A DNA stretch of 63,991 bases, counting the filler, from Streblomastix strix (lineage: Eukaryota): assembly GCA_008636045.1 (NCBI GenBank). It is 3 parts of 3 records of this genome, joined end to end, with 100 filler letters (N's around TTAATTAATTAA, not from the genome) between each part and the next. Parts side by side here need not be neighbours in the genome. Positions count along the whole stretch, not along the records: positions 22,043 to 43,955 come from SNRW01000344.1; 2 more parts are not named here. One strand, 5' to 3'. The first letter of the stretch is position 1. Each line of letters opens with the position of its first letter. Under the pieces are notes generated by a model. The model had not been told where the DNA came from. It was given only the letters and a program-made list of their open reading frames with translations, and searched no databases. Shown piece after piece: positions 25,816 to 36,924 of this stretch. The position numbers were made by a program, and so were the translations under genes.

Positions 25816-26024
25816 AGTAGTATATAGTGTCGATGTTCGCCCCAACGTATAATACAATTGATTTATCTTAATAACCCCCCCATAAAATAAGTTCGTTCAT
25901 AAATAACGAATTCGGTATGCTTTCGCATCCTCATTCGTATTGATTCACTCCCTATTTTATTTGCGAGATTATAAAAAATCAAATGTATTTTTGGTTAGTG
26001 CAAACTTCGACACTATATACTACT
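25816..26024. repeat. Terminal fold-back unit 3 (209-bp imperfect palindrome)
   Basis: AGTAGTATATAGTGTCGA (25816) / TCGACACTATATACTACT (ends 26024) form an 18-bp perfect stem. Interrupted pairing continues to a central ATGC-TTTC-GCAT hairpin (~25917-25928). Confidence 0.93.
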
Positions 26025-26137
26025 CGCAGCGGGGCACTGATTCAACAATGCCCCATCCATTAATATTTTTCATTACAGGCTATATATAATAAAATAAAAA
26101 AATAAAAAAAATTAATATTAAACGTTAATGTTTAAAC

Positions 26138-26719
26138 TCAGATATATAGTTCATACTCGCGCATTTATGGAACGGGTTATGGTTCGGGTTCTTCCTATCG
26201 AATTTCCTCTCTCTTCTACTTATTTCTTGGACTATTTATAACCTTTTTATTTTTTGCTTATATTTCTCTACCTGTTTTATTGCGTCTTAATGTTATTATT
26301 TTATGAATGTATTTTCCGTTCTCAATCGTATCAGTTCTTCCAAATCGAGCTACGGATTAGTATAATTAATTTATGGCTATTTTGAACTTTTAACTGTTCG
26401 CTTTCTAACTACTTTTTTTTAATAGCTTTTCTCTTACTTCGCTTTAGCTTTAACTTTATGAGCCTTCAGTTTCATTATCATACTCTGCGGCCTCCTTATA
26501 TTCTTCAATAGGTTTTTATATCTTCTTTTTCTCAATACCCCCACTCCTCGCTTATAAATGTAATTTATTTTATTGTGCGGAAGTCAATGCACACGCTGAT
26601 TTTTTCCCATCCTCATAAACTTTAATTTTATCTTTAACTTTCATAATATATCCATTGTCAAAATATTCGATTTATGTTACATTCTCAATCAAATTTTTTA
26701 ATACATGTGCTTAATCCAT
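26138..26719 (-). CDS. Viral hypothetical protein (193 aa, charged)
   Basis: ATG 26719 (MDQAHVLKNLIENV) to TGA 26138, in frame under TAR=Gln. Confidence 0.55.
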
Positions 26720-26742
26720 TTTAATATTTTAAAAATTATAAA

Positions 26743-27467
26743 ATGATTAAAGAAATAGAAAGAAATTATTTGCGCATGTCAAAAACAAAAAAATAAATGT
26801 CCCAATTAAAATAAAAAGAACTATAAGACCAAGATAAAATAAAACTGTAAATATTCGATGAAGCAATTAGCCGAATAAAAATAATGCCCACAGATTAGTA
26901 AACAACGGAAAGGTCTTTTATATCACAACAAACGGAAGAGACAAATGAACAGCCAGCCGTAGGCTCAGCAAGAAACCACAAGAAATATAATATAAATAAA
27001 TATAAGGAAGTGGAACGCACCACGGCATAAGTTAAGCCTGAAGAGGCTATATATAAAAGCTTGCAGAAGAACAACCAAGAAATATATATCTTTCTCATCC
27101 AAATCTTGAGGTTATGAAATTCATTATTGATAAAATTTGGGCTACCGTTACCACAAGAAAACGAGGTAATGACTTTATTTTCTCATCAGATAATTTTATA
27201 AAATTGTGGGCATTAATAACATAAAATTCTGAGGATGATATTGAAATTGTATTAGAGGAGCCACTAATGCGGGCTCATTCATGCATGGATAAACCGTATA
27301 AAAAGAAGGATTTGATACGTGTTATGGATGTGTTAATTAAAAACGTTAGCGTATCCGTTATTGATAATGTATTGTGGAACAGTATCGAAAAATTATACAG
27401 GATAAATAAGGATTTTATTCGTTTATCTGATGCCCCCACCTCTGAAATTACAAAAGATGATTTTTGA
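26743..27467 (+). pseudogene. Viral hypothetical protein, frameshifted
   Basis: Coding-like frames joined by a shift near 27090. C-terminus equals track ORF 27267..27467, ending in TGA. Start is approximate. Confidence 0.45.
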
Positions 27468-27495
27468 ACGATAACATAAATTTATTTTTATATAA

Positions 27496-28542
27496 ATGGA
27501 CTCCCCGATTTTAAGCGATTAATGAAATCTTGATGAGGATGATTTAGCTAATGAACAATAATAGTTCCAACTATTGAAATAATAATAGGAAGAGCAAATG
27601 AAATAAATTAAGTAAAAAAATCAATTAAAGGCAATCATAGATACTCAAACATTAAAGTTGTTCGCTTACTAGTCATAATTTTTTAAAAAGGCAATGGGTT
27701 TCGTTAACCTAAAAACCAATCAAACAATAGAAGGAATCAAAACCTTTCTATCGCATATTTACGTGGATAAAATAATCAAGCTAGACGGCACAAATAATTA
27801 AATTCTACTCACTAATGGAGATATAACGGATTTAGGTGATTTTTTGCCTAAACAGTATCCGCATGCGATGAGGTAAATGAATATTGAACCCTCAGATAAT
27901 ATATTAGATTAAAATATTAAGACAATGAAAAATAAAGCAAATTGGGATAGTTTTGTGCTCACAGGATGCAACACTGACCCTACAGATGGAGATGGTGAAT
28001 GGAATGTTGATTCAACTTCATCATAATTTTTGATATAAAAATAATAAGATTAAGCATATGATTTTAAGGGGATAATTATTGATTTCGTTTGTAAAACACT
28101 TAAATTTAACAATTAAATTGTATCACCTCTCCCCGTCCCCCCTATTGAATATGCAACATAATAATCAATTGCATATGGAATGTATGAATCACGATCATGG
28201 GGTACATTAACATCTTAAAATGATAGAGTATATATTTCATTGTTAATGGCTCACTCTGATCCTAATATTGTTCGTAATATAGGATATACTATGTTTTCAA
28301 TCGTTAATAATGATATAAAACCAAAATTCAGTGGAACTCCTTATAATATACCACTTAATGCTATAATATATGCGACTAAATAATCTATTAATCCAATAGT
28401 ATGGACTAATGTAGTTGCTATAGACAGTTTTATTAATCCTAATGGTAATGTAATAATAAATTCGTAGTGTCAGTTTTATTTACCTGATCATTTTGCTATT
28501 TAGGTTTGCGATTCATATGATGTTTATAATTAATCAACTTGA
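27496..28542 (+). CDS. Fibre/spike-like protein 1 (~348 aa; one early TGA)
   Basis: TNQTIEGIKTF and IIKLDGTNNQILLTNGD are tail-fibre shaft-like motifs, followed by a beta-rich C-terminus. In-frame TGA at codon 10, final TGA at 28540-28542. Confidence 0.6.
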
Positions 28543-28712
28543 CATTTTAAAAATATATAAATGGAAGGCGTTAGTGAGACAGTTATTTAAGCCCTCGATT
28601 AATTAAATATAAATTGGCATGCAATATTTAAAAACATTTGGGAAGCTTCAATAAAATACGCTTGCGAATCTAAAATTTGCTGATGAAAAACAATATTTTT
28701 ATTTTTATATAA

Positions 28713-28853
28713 ATGATTTGGGAAATAATAACCAGCATATCATTGTTTATTATCGCTTGTAATAATTTGCTTGGTTGTATATTAATGATAGCATAAATAA
28801 AAATAGACAGTGAAGAAATTAGTGATGAGGTTAGAAATTCGATATATGGCTGA
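28713..28853 (+). CDS. Small hydrophobic (single-TM) viral protein
   Basis: TATAAATG start; MIWEIITSISLFIIACNNLLGCILMIAQ...YG-TGA. Confidence 0.35.
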
Positions 28854-28857
28854 AAGC

Positions 28858-30783
28858 TCAACCGCTTCTAACAACTGAGCCTCCAAATTCTCCAATCACT
28901 TCTAAACTAAGCATCTACGGGTCAGGTGCATCATCAAATATAATACGGACGACAGCATCGGATAAGAAATGCATTAGTGAGGTTAAATTAACCTATAACG
29001 GATTTGGATAACTACGCATTACACTAAATTGAGTAAAATCGTTTTAGTTTTATTTTTCATCAGTGTAAATTGTGTCAATAATTCTTTATTATATATTTCC
29101 GTGTAAAATAACCTATATATTTGTTCTTGCACGTATTTTTGATGAATTATATCTTCTCATAAATTAATCATCTGTAGCTAATTTCCATGCAAGCATAAGT
29201 TTATTAGGGTACATTGTTTTATTTGCTTTTGAGCCATTATATAATGTAGTAGCATAAAATAAATTATCAGTATTTTGCCGTACTATCCCTTAACGACTAT
29301 AATATTAATTATTGCATTCATTTATGTTTGGATTTTCAAAGGTCAAAGAATGATATAAATCGCTGGGGGCACTTACCACATCCTAATCAACGAAACAATC
29401 AAACATCGATCCATTAACGATTTAAGTCCATGCTTCATATGGTGTTGGTACAACATGACGTTAATCAATTATTAAATCAAAGCCTTTAAATAGCACGGGG
29501 AAAAACCAAGTAGGATACTATGGCATCGCAAACGTCATAAATATCGATTTGATGTTTGAAAATGACATGATGATTTATAATGAATTGCCCGTAGCGAATC
29601 CATCAAATGGATAGTTAGTGGATTACGTTCGCAGTACTTGAGTAGGGAAATTAATCAATTTTTAATTTCTAATGAATTCAATTATTGCCTCTTCGTTTTC
29701 TACGCTAAAGCAAACATTTTATATTTCTAATTTATTAAAAACGGCGTTCTATATTTAACTGATTGTTTTTTATGGCGCATTGGCAGTAGCTGCGGCGCCT
29801 TACATATTAACTAACCGAACAGCAAATTTACAATAACTATAAATATCATTTGCCATAGCATTTAGTAAATAAATTATATCTGGTTTCTCTGTTGGAATCA
29901 TTTGATAAGCTAAATGATTATTTTTTACCATATCAGTTTTATTTAGCCAAATAACCTTCAAATCTTATAAGAAATATTGCATCCAGAGCTATAAATATAA
30001 TGATGCGTAGTTTCTCATTAGCTCGGGAAATGAGTTATATATTGGATTCAATTGGTTCAGGTCTAGTACTCCACTAAAGGATATATCATCAGGTATCAGA
30101 TAATAATTTAGTGTAGCTGGTGCAAGTGGTGGCCCCACAGCTTATGCTTTTGCTATAATATCACTTACTTTCACGTCTATAAATACTTCACAATGACGCT
30201 TTCCTGCTATGATGCTTTCTAGTGGTGAAACACTGACGGAGTTATTAGTGCATAAATCACTTAATGAATTTGAACAAATAACGGCTTACTCTCTTGCATA
30301 AATTGACGTGTCTCTTAAATTCGTACTATCTTTACATATAGCAAATTAATTAAATGGGCCGCAAGCAGTGGAAAATCCGAGCCAAAAGTGTAAAACCTCT
30401 GTGTCAGAATAATCTTAAGTTGCTGCTGTCATATCTACTTGTGCGGTATCCACGTCAGCATCAGCATTAAAATTAATTATCGCGTTTGCAGTAGCATCAG
30501 ACGTTGGAGTCATAGCAGTAACTTTATTTATTTATATAGCCAGTGTATTTTTAGGTATCGTAATAGTCTAATTAACTTAGCAAGTTTAAACCATGTAACA
30601 AGTAGCCGTTCCTCTAACCGCTAGTGGAGCACGGGTATATTTAAATCCAGAGGAATTTAATGAATCTATTGATTAGTCAAAAAATTCTTATTTTGATATG
30701 GTGAAAGATTACGGGTGAATGCTCATGGTCTTCTCCACTTCCCCCAATTACATATACCCCGAGATGTAATCCGAGTGTTGCAT
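28858..30783 (-). CDS. Putative major capsid protein (double jelly-roll), 641 aa
   Basis: Frame ATG 30783 (MQHSDYISGYMQLGEVEKTM) to TGA 28858 reads uninterrupted by eye. Beta-strand-rich composition, MCP-like size, and located in an element with a packaging ATPase. The fold is inferred, not verified. Confidence 0.6.
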
Positions 30784-30894
30784 TTTAGCCAATCTACTTA
30801 AATAATCGCTTGAGTTGAATAAAATTTTAAATAAATAAAAATAATATAAAAGCAATCATCCATGCAGTTAATTTTTATTTATATTTTAAAGTAA

Positions 30895-31119
30895 ATGGTT
30901 TTTTCTCGAAGATAGCAAATTTTGGATCGAAAATTTTGGGGGGGTGTAAAACATGCCGCATAATGGATTGCTCCTACTCTCCATAAAGTATTAAGTACGG
31001 TAGCGGGCCCCGTAAGAATGATTCATCCGGGTATTGGTGGCGCATTTGGTGGTGGTGCAGGACTGGCAGGAGCAGTGGATCGACTAGTCAATAAAAGGAG
31101 CCGATAAATTCATTTATGA
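30895..31119 (+). CDS. 74-aa amphipathic, Gly-rich peptide; adenovirus pVI/core-like
   Basis: MVFSRRQQILDRKFWGGVKHAAQWIAPTLHKVLSTVAGPVRMIHPGIGGAFGGGAGLAGAVDRLVNKRSRQIHL-TGA, with a TAAATG start. Confidence 0.6.
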
Positions 31120-33129
31120 ATTCATTAATAAATCAATTATGGCACAATTAATATATATTTACAATTCATAAATGATAAAAATAATGTAGGCCTTTCATAA
31201 AAGCAAATTCGTACAGTTCGGTAATTAATCTCTAATGATATAGCTTATTACATCCAATACTCGAAACGTGGGGGAAATTCTGAGGGTGGGTAAATTTAAA
31301 ATGAAGATTATTAACTGTTTATAGATAATGATTACGCATTAGTTTATGCAGCCAATAATTAAATCATTGATGGCCAAGCATCAGATTTTGCATTAAAAAT
31401 AGCCGCTGATTGCTTGCTGACGATAAAGAATTTAAAAGTTCTAAATTTTAATTTCGTCGCATAAATTTACCAATCATTTAATGAAGTAAATTAATTATAA
31501 TCTACTGTCGGATCTATTAATGCTGATATTGTTGGGGTAAAATATGATACAATAACCATTCAGTAAGAGCTTGCACGATAGCAGCATTTTAGGGGAATTA
31601 TTTATTGAATGCAGACATTTAAAATTTACCAAACTCCGCTGATGGCGATTTTGCACTTAGCGCGGAGTCTGGGACAGTATGGATGCACGACACGGCATGG
31701 TACAATAACGGATAAGTAGTTCCTGATTAAGTTTCCCCCGCTAGTGATAATACACCAATGGCAGATAGTGGCGTAGGTGTTGCTGGTATTAGCACAGAAT
31801 ATAGTCGAGGGGACCATTAACATCCATTAAATGTCAGCGAATAAATTCCATCTAGAGATACGAGCACAGGAGCAACGGGTACATCAACTGCATATTCTAG
31901 AGCCGACCAATAGCATATTTTGAATATAGATCCAACTGTCGCAAATATGCCACAAAAAGATACGGGTACAGGAGCCAAAGGAAATTTTAATTATTATGCT
32001 AGGTCAAATCATGCTCATCCTCTTAATGTTGATCTCAGTGCTGCAAACGTGCCACTGATAAATGCTACCACAGCAGCTAATGTGACCAGTGATTATTACT
32101 GTAGAAATGACCATGTTCATCCTCATTAATTAACATATGATGGAAACATTACAGTGACTAAATTTATTAAGACTGGCGGATTACCAACAGAAATTTTATG
32201 CGTTAATGGAGATACTACAAACTTTAACGGTATTAAATCTTAAAATTTCCCGTAAGATGTTGGAAGTTCAGTAAAATATTTATAATTATGTAAATTTGGA
32301 GCATATAATAGTTATGAAGATATTTATACAGAATTTATATTTTATTCAAGGTGTAATTTCAATAAACTAAAGTTGCATATTTGTTTATAATACTACTGGA
32401 TTAAATACAACAATTTATCGTTACTTATAATAATCAGGTTATTCATCATTTAGATTGCCGACTATGTTATATTATGGTTCAGGTGTAAATAAATATGGAG
32501 AATTATGAATGGCTGTTGGAGATTATTAAGGTAATCAAGGAAGAATTGATTAACTAAGTTAAATAATATATGGGTCTCCTATAGTATCTGATATGCTAAC
32601 TAATTAAATGGTAGATACTTTACCAAGTGATTTTACAACAAAAGAAGATTTAAAGCTAAATTTATAATATAATATTTAAACAATAACTAATGCGCCATTT
32701 TAAATAAATCCTGCAGATAATACTAGATATGCATATGGATTACGAATTGCAAGGTCAACAACATAAGGAAATAGTGGTATTTATTTGGGTACCAGTGATA
32801 CATCATCAACTGGTACTATTGTAAATTAATGGTAAATTTATACATCTAATGCAAATCTAGGTTTGAAAATATGTTTGAGTGCTGATGCTGATAACGCAAA
32901 TAGAGGATTATTGATATTCGCAGATGGAAACACATTAACATTTAACCGTTCCGTTATCGCTGGCACAGGAACAACAAACGGAGCATCTAATGGGCCATTT
33001 AATTATTCTGCAGGAAATCCGATATTATGGGGTGTAAATAGTGTAGGCACAGAAGGGGGATTTTATAGCGATGGGCGAAGAAGATATTGACGTGCTAAGC
33101 CAATTACATTAGGCGCTGTTACTCCATGA
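31116..33129 (+). pseudogene. Fibre protein 2 with phage-tail-fibre-like YxRxDHxHP repeats
   Basis: Four repeats (YSRGDHQHP, YSRADQQHI, YARSNHAHP, YCRNDHVHP), then TKFIKTGG...NGD, ending KPITLGAVTP-TGA. Frameshift at ~31595 and internal TGAs. Start is approximate. Confidence 0.75.
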
Positions 33130-33161
33130 AAAACGAAAAGGATAATTTTATTTTGATATAA

Positions 33162-33629
33162 ATGGAGATGCCAATAAAATAATTGTTTAATGAACTTGTT
33201 AAATGCCACTTTGAAAATGAGGATGCAATAAGGGTGGCCATCGATGCTCTATAAAATATGCTTATCAAAGATAATAAAGAATAAATGCATCCACTATTGA
33301 AAGAATTACAGAGGATAAATAAATAATTTCTAAATCAATAAAATAAATTATAAAGCATAAAATAATATGTCGATGAGGAGGAATATAAAAATAAATTATT
33401 TAATGAACAGGAGAAATATTTTAAAAATAAATATAATTAAATTAAAAAATAATTAGATTAAAATAACCAACCACTATAAATAAAAAAATATATTATTTCT
33501 GAAGCTAATGAAACAGAGAAATAAATATGCACTGATTTTATAAATGACACATAAAATAGTAGCTTGGTCAATTATTATCTGCTCAATTTAATGACATAAG
33601 CAAATTTAAATAATGTAAATAGTCAATGA
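33162..33629 (+). CDS. Viral coiled-coil hypothetical protein (155 aa)
   Basis: TATAAATG start (MEMPIKQLFNELVKCHF), open to TGA 33627-33629. Confidence 0.55.
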
Positions 33630-33852
33630 TTTCTATTGTTTTATCACCGAGAGATTCAACGAATGTATAATGATTTTTGAATTAATTTATTGTTTATTTT
33701 TCTTCATCGGTTAAAATAGTTGGCTCAATTAATGCCTCAAATATTTTAAATATCTCGTAATCCGTTGCGTTATATTCTAGGCCGATATTTGTAGCGAACT
33801 AATAAATTTATTCCATTTATATATTAGATATAATAATAAAAATAAATATATT

Positions 33853-34191
33853 TCATATCCCACATTATTATTCTTCGGTTTATTCATTCAAGGCTTCGGC
33901 TATCACCTTCTTTTTATGATTCGATTATATGATTTGCATTATGCTTATTTTCTATTCATTATTATTTGAATCATTAACAAATATATATTTTTCGTTGTAT
34001 TTCCCATACTATTTTAATTTTCTTTAATAAGTATAATCGCTGTTTTTGGCTTTGGTTAACTGATAGAATAACAGGTTCCATAAACGAAGTTCATTAAATT
34101 ATATGCCGTTGATTTACTCGATTAGTTGCCCGTCTTTCTTTGCTTGGTCTTGGCTAAGATAGAATTCCAGTTTCTCAAATTGATTTATCAT
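33853..34191 (-). CDS. Viral hypothetical protein (112 aa)
   Basis: MINQFEKLEFYLSQDQAKKDG, open to TGA at 33853 under TAR=Gln. Confidence 0.5.
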
Positions 34192-34508
34192 TTTATAGGT
34201 AGATAAAAAAATAAAAATTAATAAAATCAAACTTATTATTTTTCTTAGGAGTTTAATAATTTTAAATATAATATATATCGGAAATATTAAGCTAATTCAG
34301 AATCTTTTTAGCAATTGATTCGTTCAAAAATGCCTCAATTTATTACTCCGTTAATTGGCTCCAATGGATGACCTTTTGATTTTTATGCATTTTTTTTTTA
34401 TAAAAAAATTATATTATATAAATTGAAATATTAAGTGGAAACAATACAATATCTAAATACCCCCATAATTATTTGATTAAATTTACAGTATACGTTAGCT
34501 TGTCAGGT

Positions 34509-35680
34509 ATGGATATAGATAATATAGATATAATAAAATTGAAGCCATTAAATATATAGTTCATGGAGGCCATTATTAAATTCAAAATATTCATTTTATC
34601 CTAATAAAAATTACACTTTCGGATTTACAAAATATATAATTTGCGAACTAAGATTTATTGAACGAGTATAAGACGCGGCCACTTACTAAAAATTCGTTGT
34701 TCCTCGTCAATGACAACCACTATATCGTTGGAGCTATAGGATCAGGTAAAACAATGCTAATGTCCAAGCTGATTGTCATATATAAAAAAATCATTAACCC
34801 GTATATTATTTATTTCTCTAATTATGGAGCCGACGAAACAATGGCCTTAAACTTAAATAGTAAAGGTACACAAATAGTGAATATAACTTATGACGAGGCG
34901 GTGGTTTTTTTGCCAGAGTTCGAAGAGATAAAATTTAGCACTAAATAGGTACATACTTATTATAAGCTGTGAGAATAAAATTTTGATTACAATAGCGATT
35001 TTATTAAACGAATGAAAGAGAAAATAATAGAAGCAAATCCAATAAAAAGGGAAGAAAAACCATTAGTGTATGTCGATCGAATTGCTGAACTATTTTAATC
35101 TACAATAATAGTGACCATAAATTAATACTCATAACCCATCGAAATCCTGCGGTTCAAAGTTCCACCCGTTATTTAGAACGTAAGCTATCAAATGAAATTA
35201 AAAGTTATTGACGGTAAATAAACAGCAGACATAAAAATATTAAAAATTCTTATACTTAAAGATGCTCAGTTATTGAATGCTTTAATGCTCTTCGATGATA
35301 TAGGATCCAATGCTGATATACAAAGATTTTCGTCTTCATTATCTAAAACAATAACGCATCTCGTTAGTGATTCAAGGCATTCAAAGAATACAATATTTTT
35401 TATAGCTTAACAACCCAGTTATTTATTTAAGACAGCCTACATTCTATCGCACGTCATTTGTTTAGGCGCTAATCTAGGCGAGAGTGATTTGAAATAAGTT
35501 TATGAGGAGAACAGCATTTAAAGTTTAAATTTTGAAGAGAAATTATTATTATATGGCACATTAAATAAATATGAGTTTATAGTTTAAACAAGTGGCTCGG
35601 AAAATTTGAAATATTGAGGAATTGAATTTATAGTCTCCTATAGTAGGTCGAGGATAGAAATGAAAATCATAAAAAATTGA
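34509..35680 (+). pseudogene. A32-like (FtsK/HerA) genome-packaging ATPase
   Basis: Walker A GAIGSGKT, Walker B LMLFDDIG and A32-type motif SRHSKNTIFFIAQ. Frameshift near the 5' end and an internal TGA at ~34970. Confidence 0.88.
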
Positions 35681-35754
35681 GTCTTTGTAATATTGCAACC
35701 TCCGACAAATAAAATTTATTTTCATTATTTTTATTATTTTGTCAACCTATAAAA

Positions 35755-36039
35755 TTGTCAAACATTTAGAAGGAAAAATAACGTGTAAGTAATTAAACTT
35801 TAATCTATATGAATGATATAATGAAATTCTTATTAAAGCAAGCCGAAAGAGATGGAGAAGATTTAGAGTTTAAAATATTGGGTTATGGATATGAATAAGA
35901 AAGAGCAATTTATTTAAAATAAAAAATGATTGAATCATTGAAGTTAATTTAAGAAGAGGCTAATTTAAGAGATATTTATTCTAAGATAGTTTGTAAAGAA
36001 TAAATTTAAAGATTAGAAGCAAATATAATAAGCAAATGA
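35755..36039 (+). CDS. Small viral hypothetical protein (start TTG 35755 or ATG 35809)
   Basis: Frame open from TTG 35755 through ATG 35809 (MNDIMKFLLKQAERDGEDLEF) to TGA 36037-36039. Confidence 0.45.
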
Positions 36040-36089
36040 AAATAAATAAATTTATTTTTTTATTTTTTATTATCTTATCGACGTTAAAA

Positions 36090-36905
36090 ATGGAACAAGT
36101 CAAGACAACCGCCAAAATCTCAAACAACAATATTCGATTTATTGAACGTTCTTATAATGGTATGAAATTATTGATTAAAACCGATGACCATTATATAAAT
36201 GCAACTCATTTCTGCGAATAATGTAATAAATAGTTTAGATAATTATAACGGTAAGCTTAATGGTCCGATTATTTGAAAGCAGAAACCAATGCAATCCAGT
36301 CCGTGGGATTCCCACGTACCCCTTAACGTATCAAATCAATAAAGGATTTGATAATGATTATAAAGGCTATTATATCAGCCCTATCCTTATTAATTACGTC
36401 GCAATGTGGATGAGCCCAAAATATGCTGAAAATGTTCGTAAGATAATGGATTAGGTTAATAATAGAGTATAGGCTACAACTAATCCACAGGCTAACGAAA
36501 CAATTGAAGAATACGCTGTCATCGAAATATGGTAAATCATCAAAGTGTTAAAATAATAGAATGAGGATAAAGATATCCGAATTTAATAATTGAAACCCAG
36601 AATTGTACCATAGGATAAAGAAAACGATTATATTTTAGCCTTATAACTAATCGAATAGAAAGAGCATACAATAATATACAAGTTCCACCGAAAGCATAAA
36701 AATAACTTTAAAGAAGACAAATCATATATTTAAATTTATGATAATTTACCCGTGGCCGTTAGTTGAAACCATGAAAATAATAAAATAAATTAGAGCGAGC
36801 TTTTAAAATATATCAATTCATTATATTACGATGAAAGTTAAAAAATCAAATAATGATAACTTCCTAAATCAATTGGACGACCTAGTCAATGCCTTATATT
36901 AATGA
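36090..36905 (+). pseudogene. KilA-N domain DNA-binding protein
   Basis: SYNGMKLLIKTDDHYINATHFC and KGYYISPILINYVAMWMSPKYA are KilA-N hallmarks (YINAT.lC; G.Y.HP.L...A.W.SP.Y). Frameshift at ~36280. Confidence 0.88.
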
Positions 36906-36924
36906 AAATTAAATTTATTTTTAT

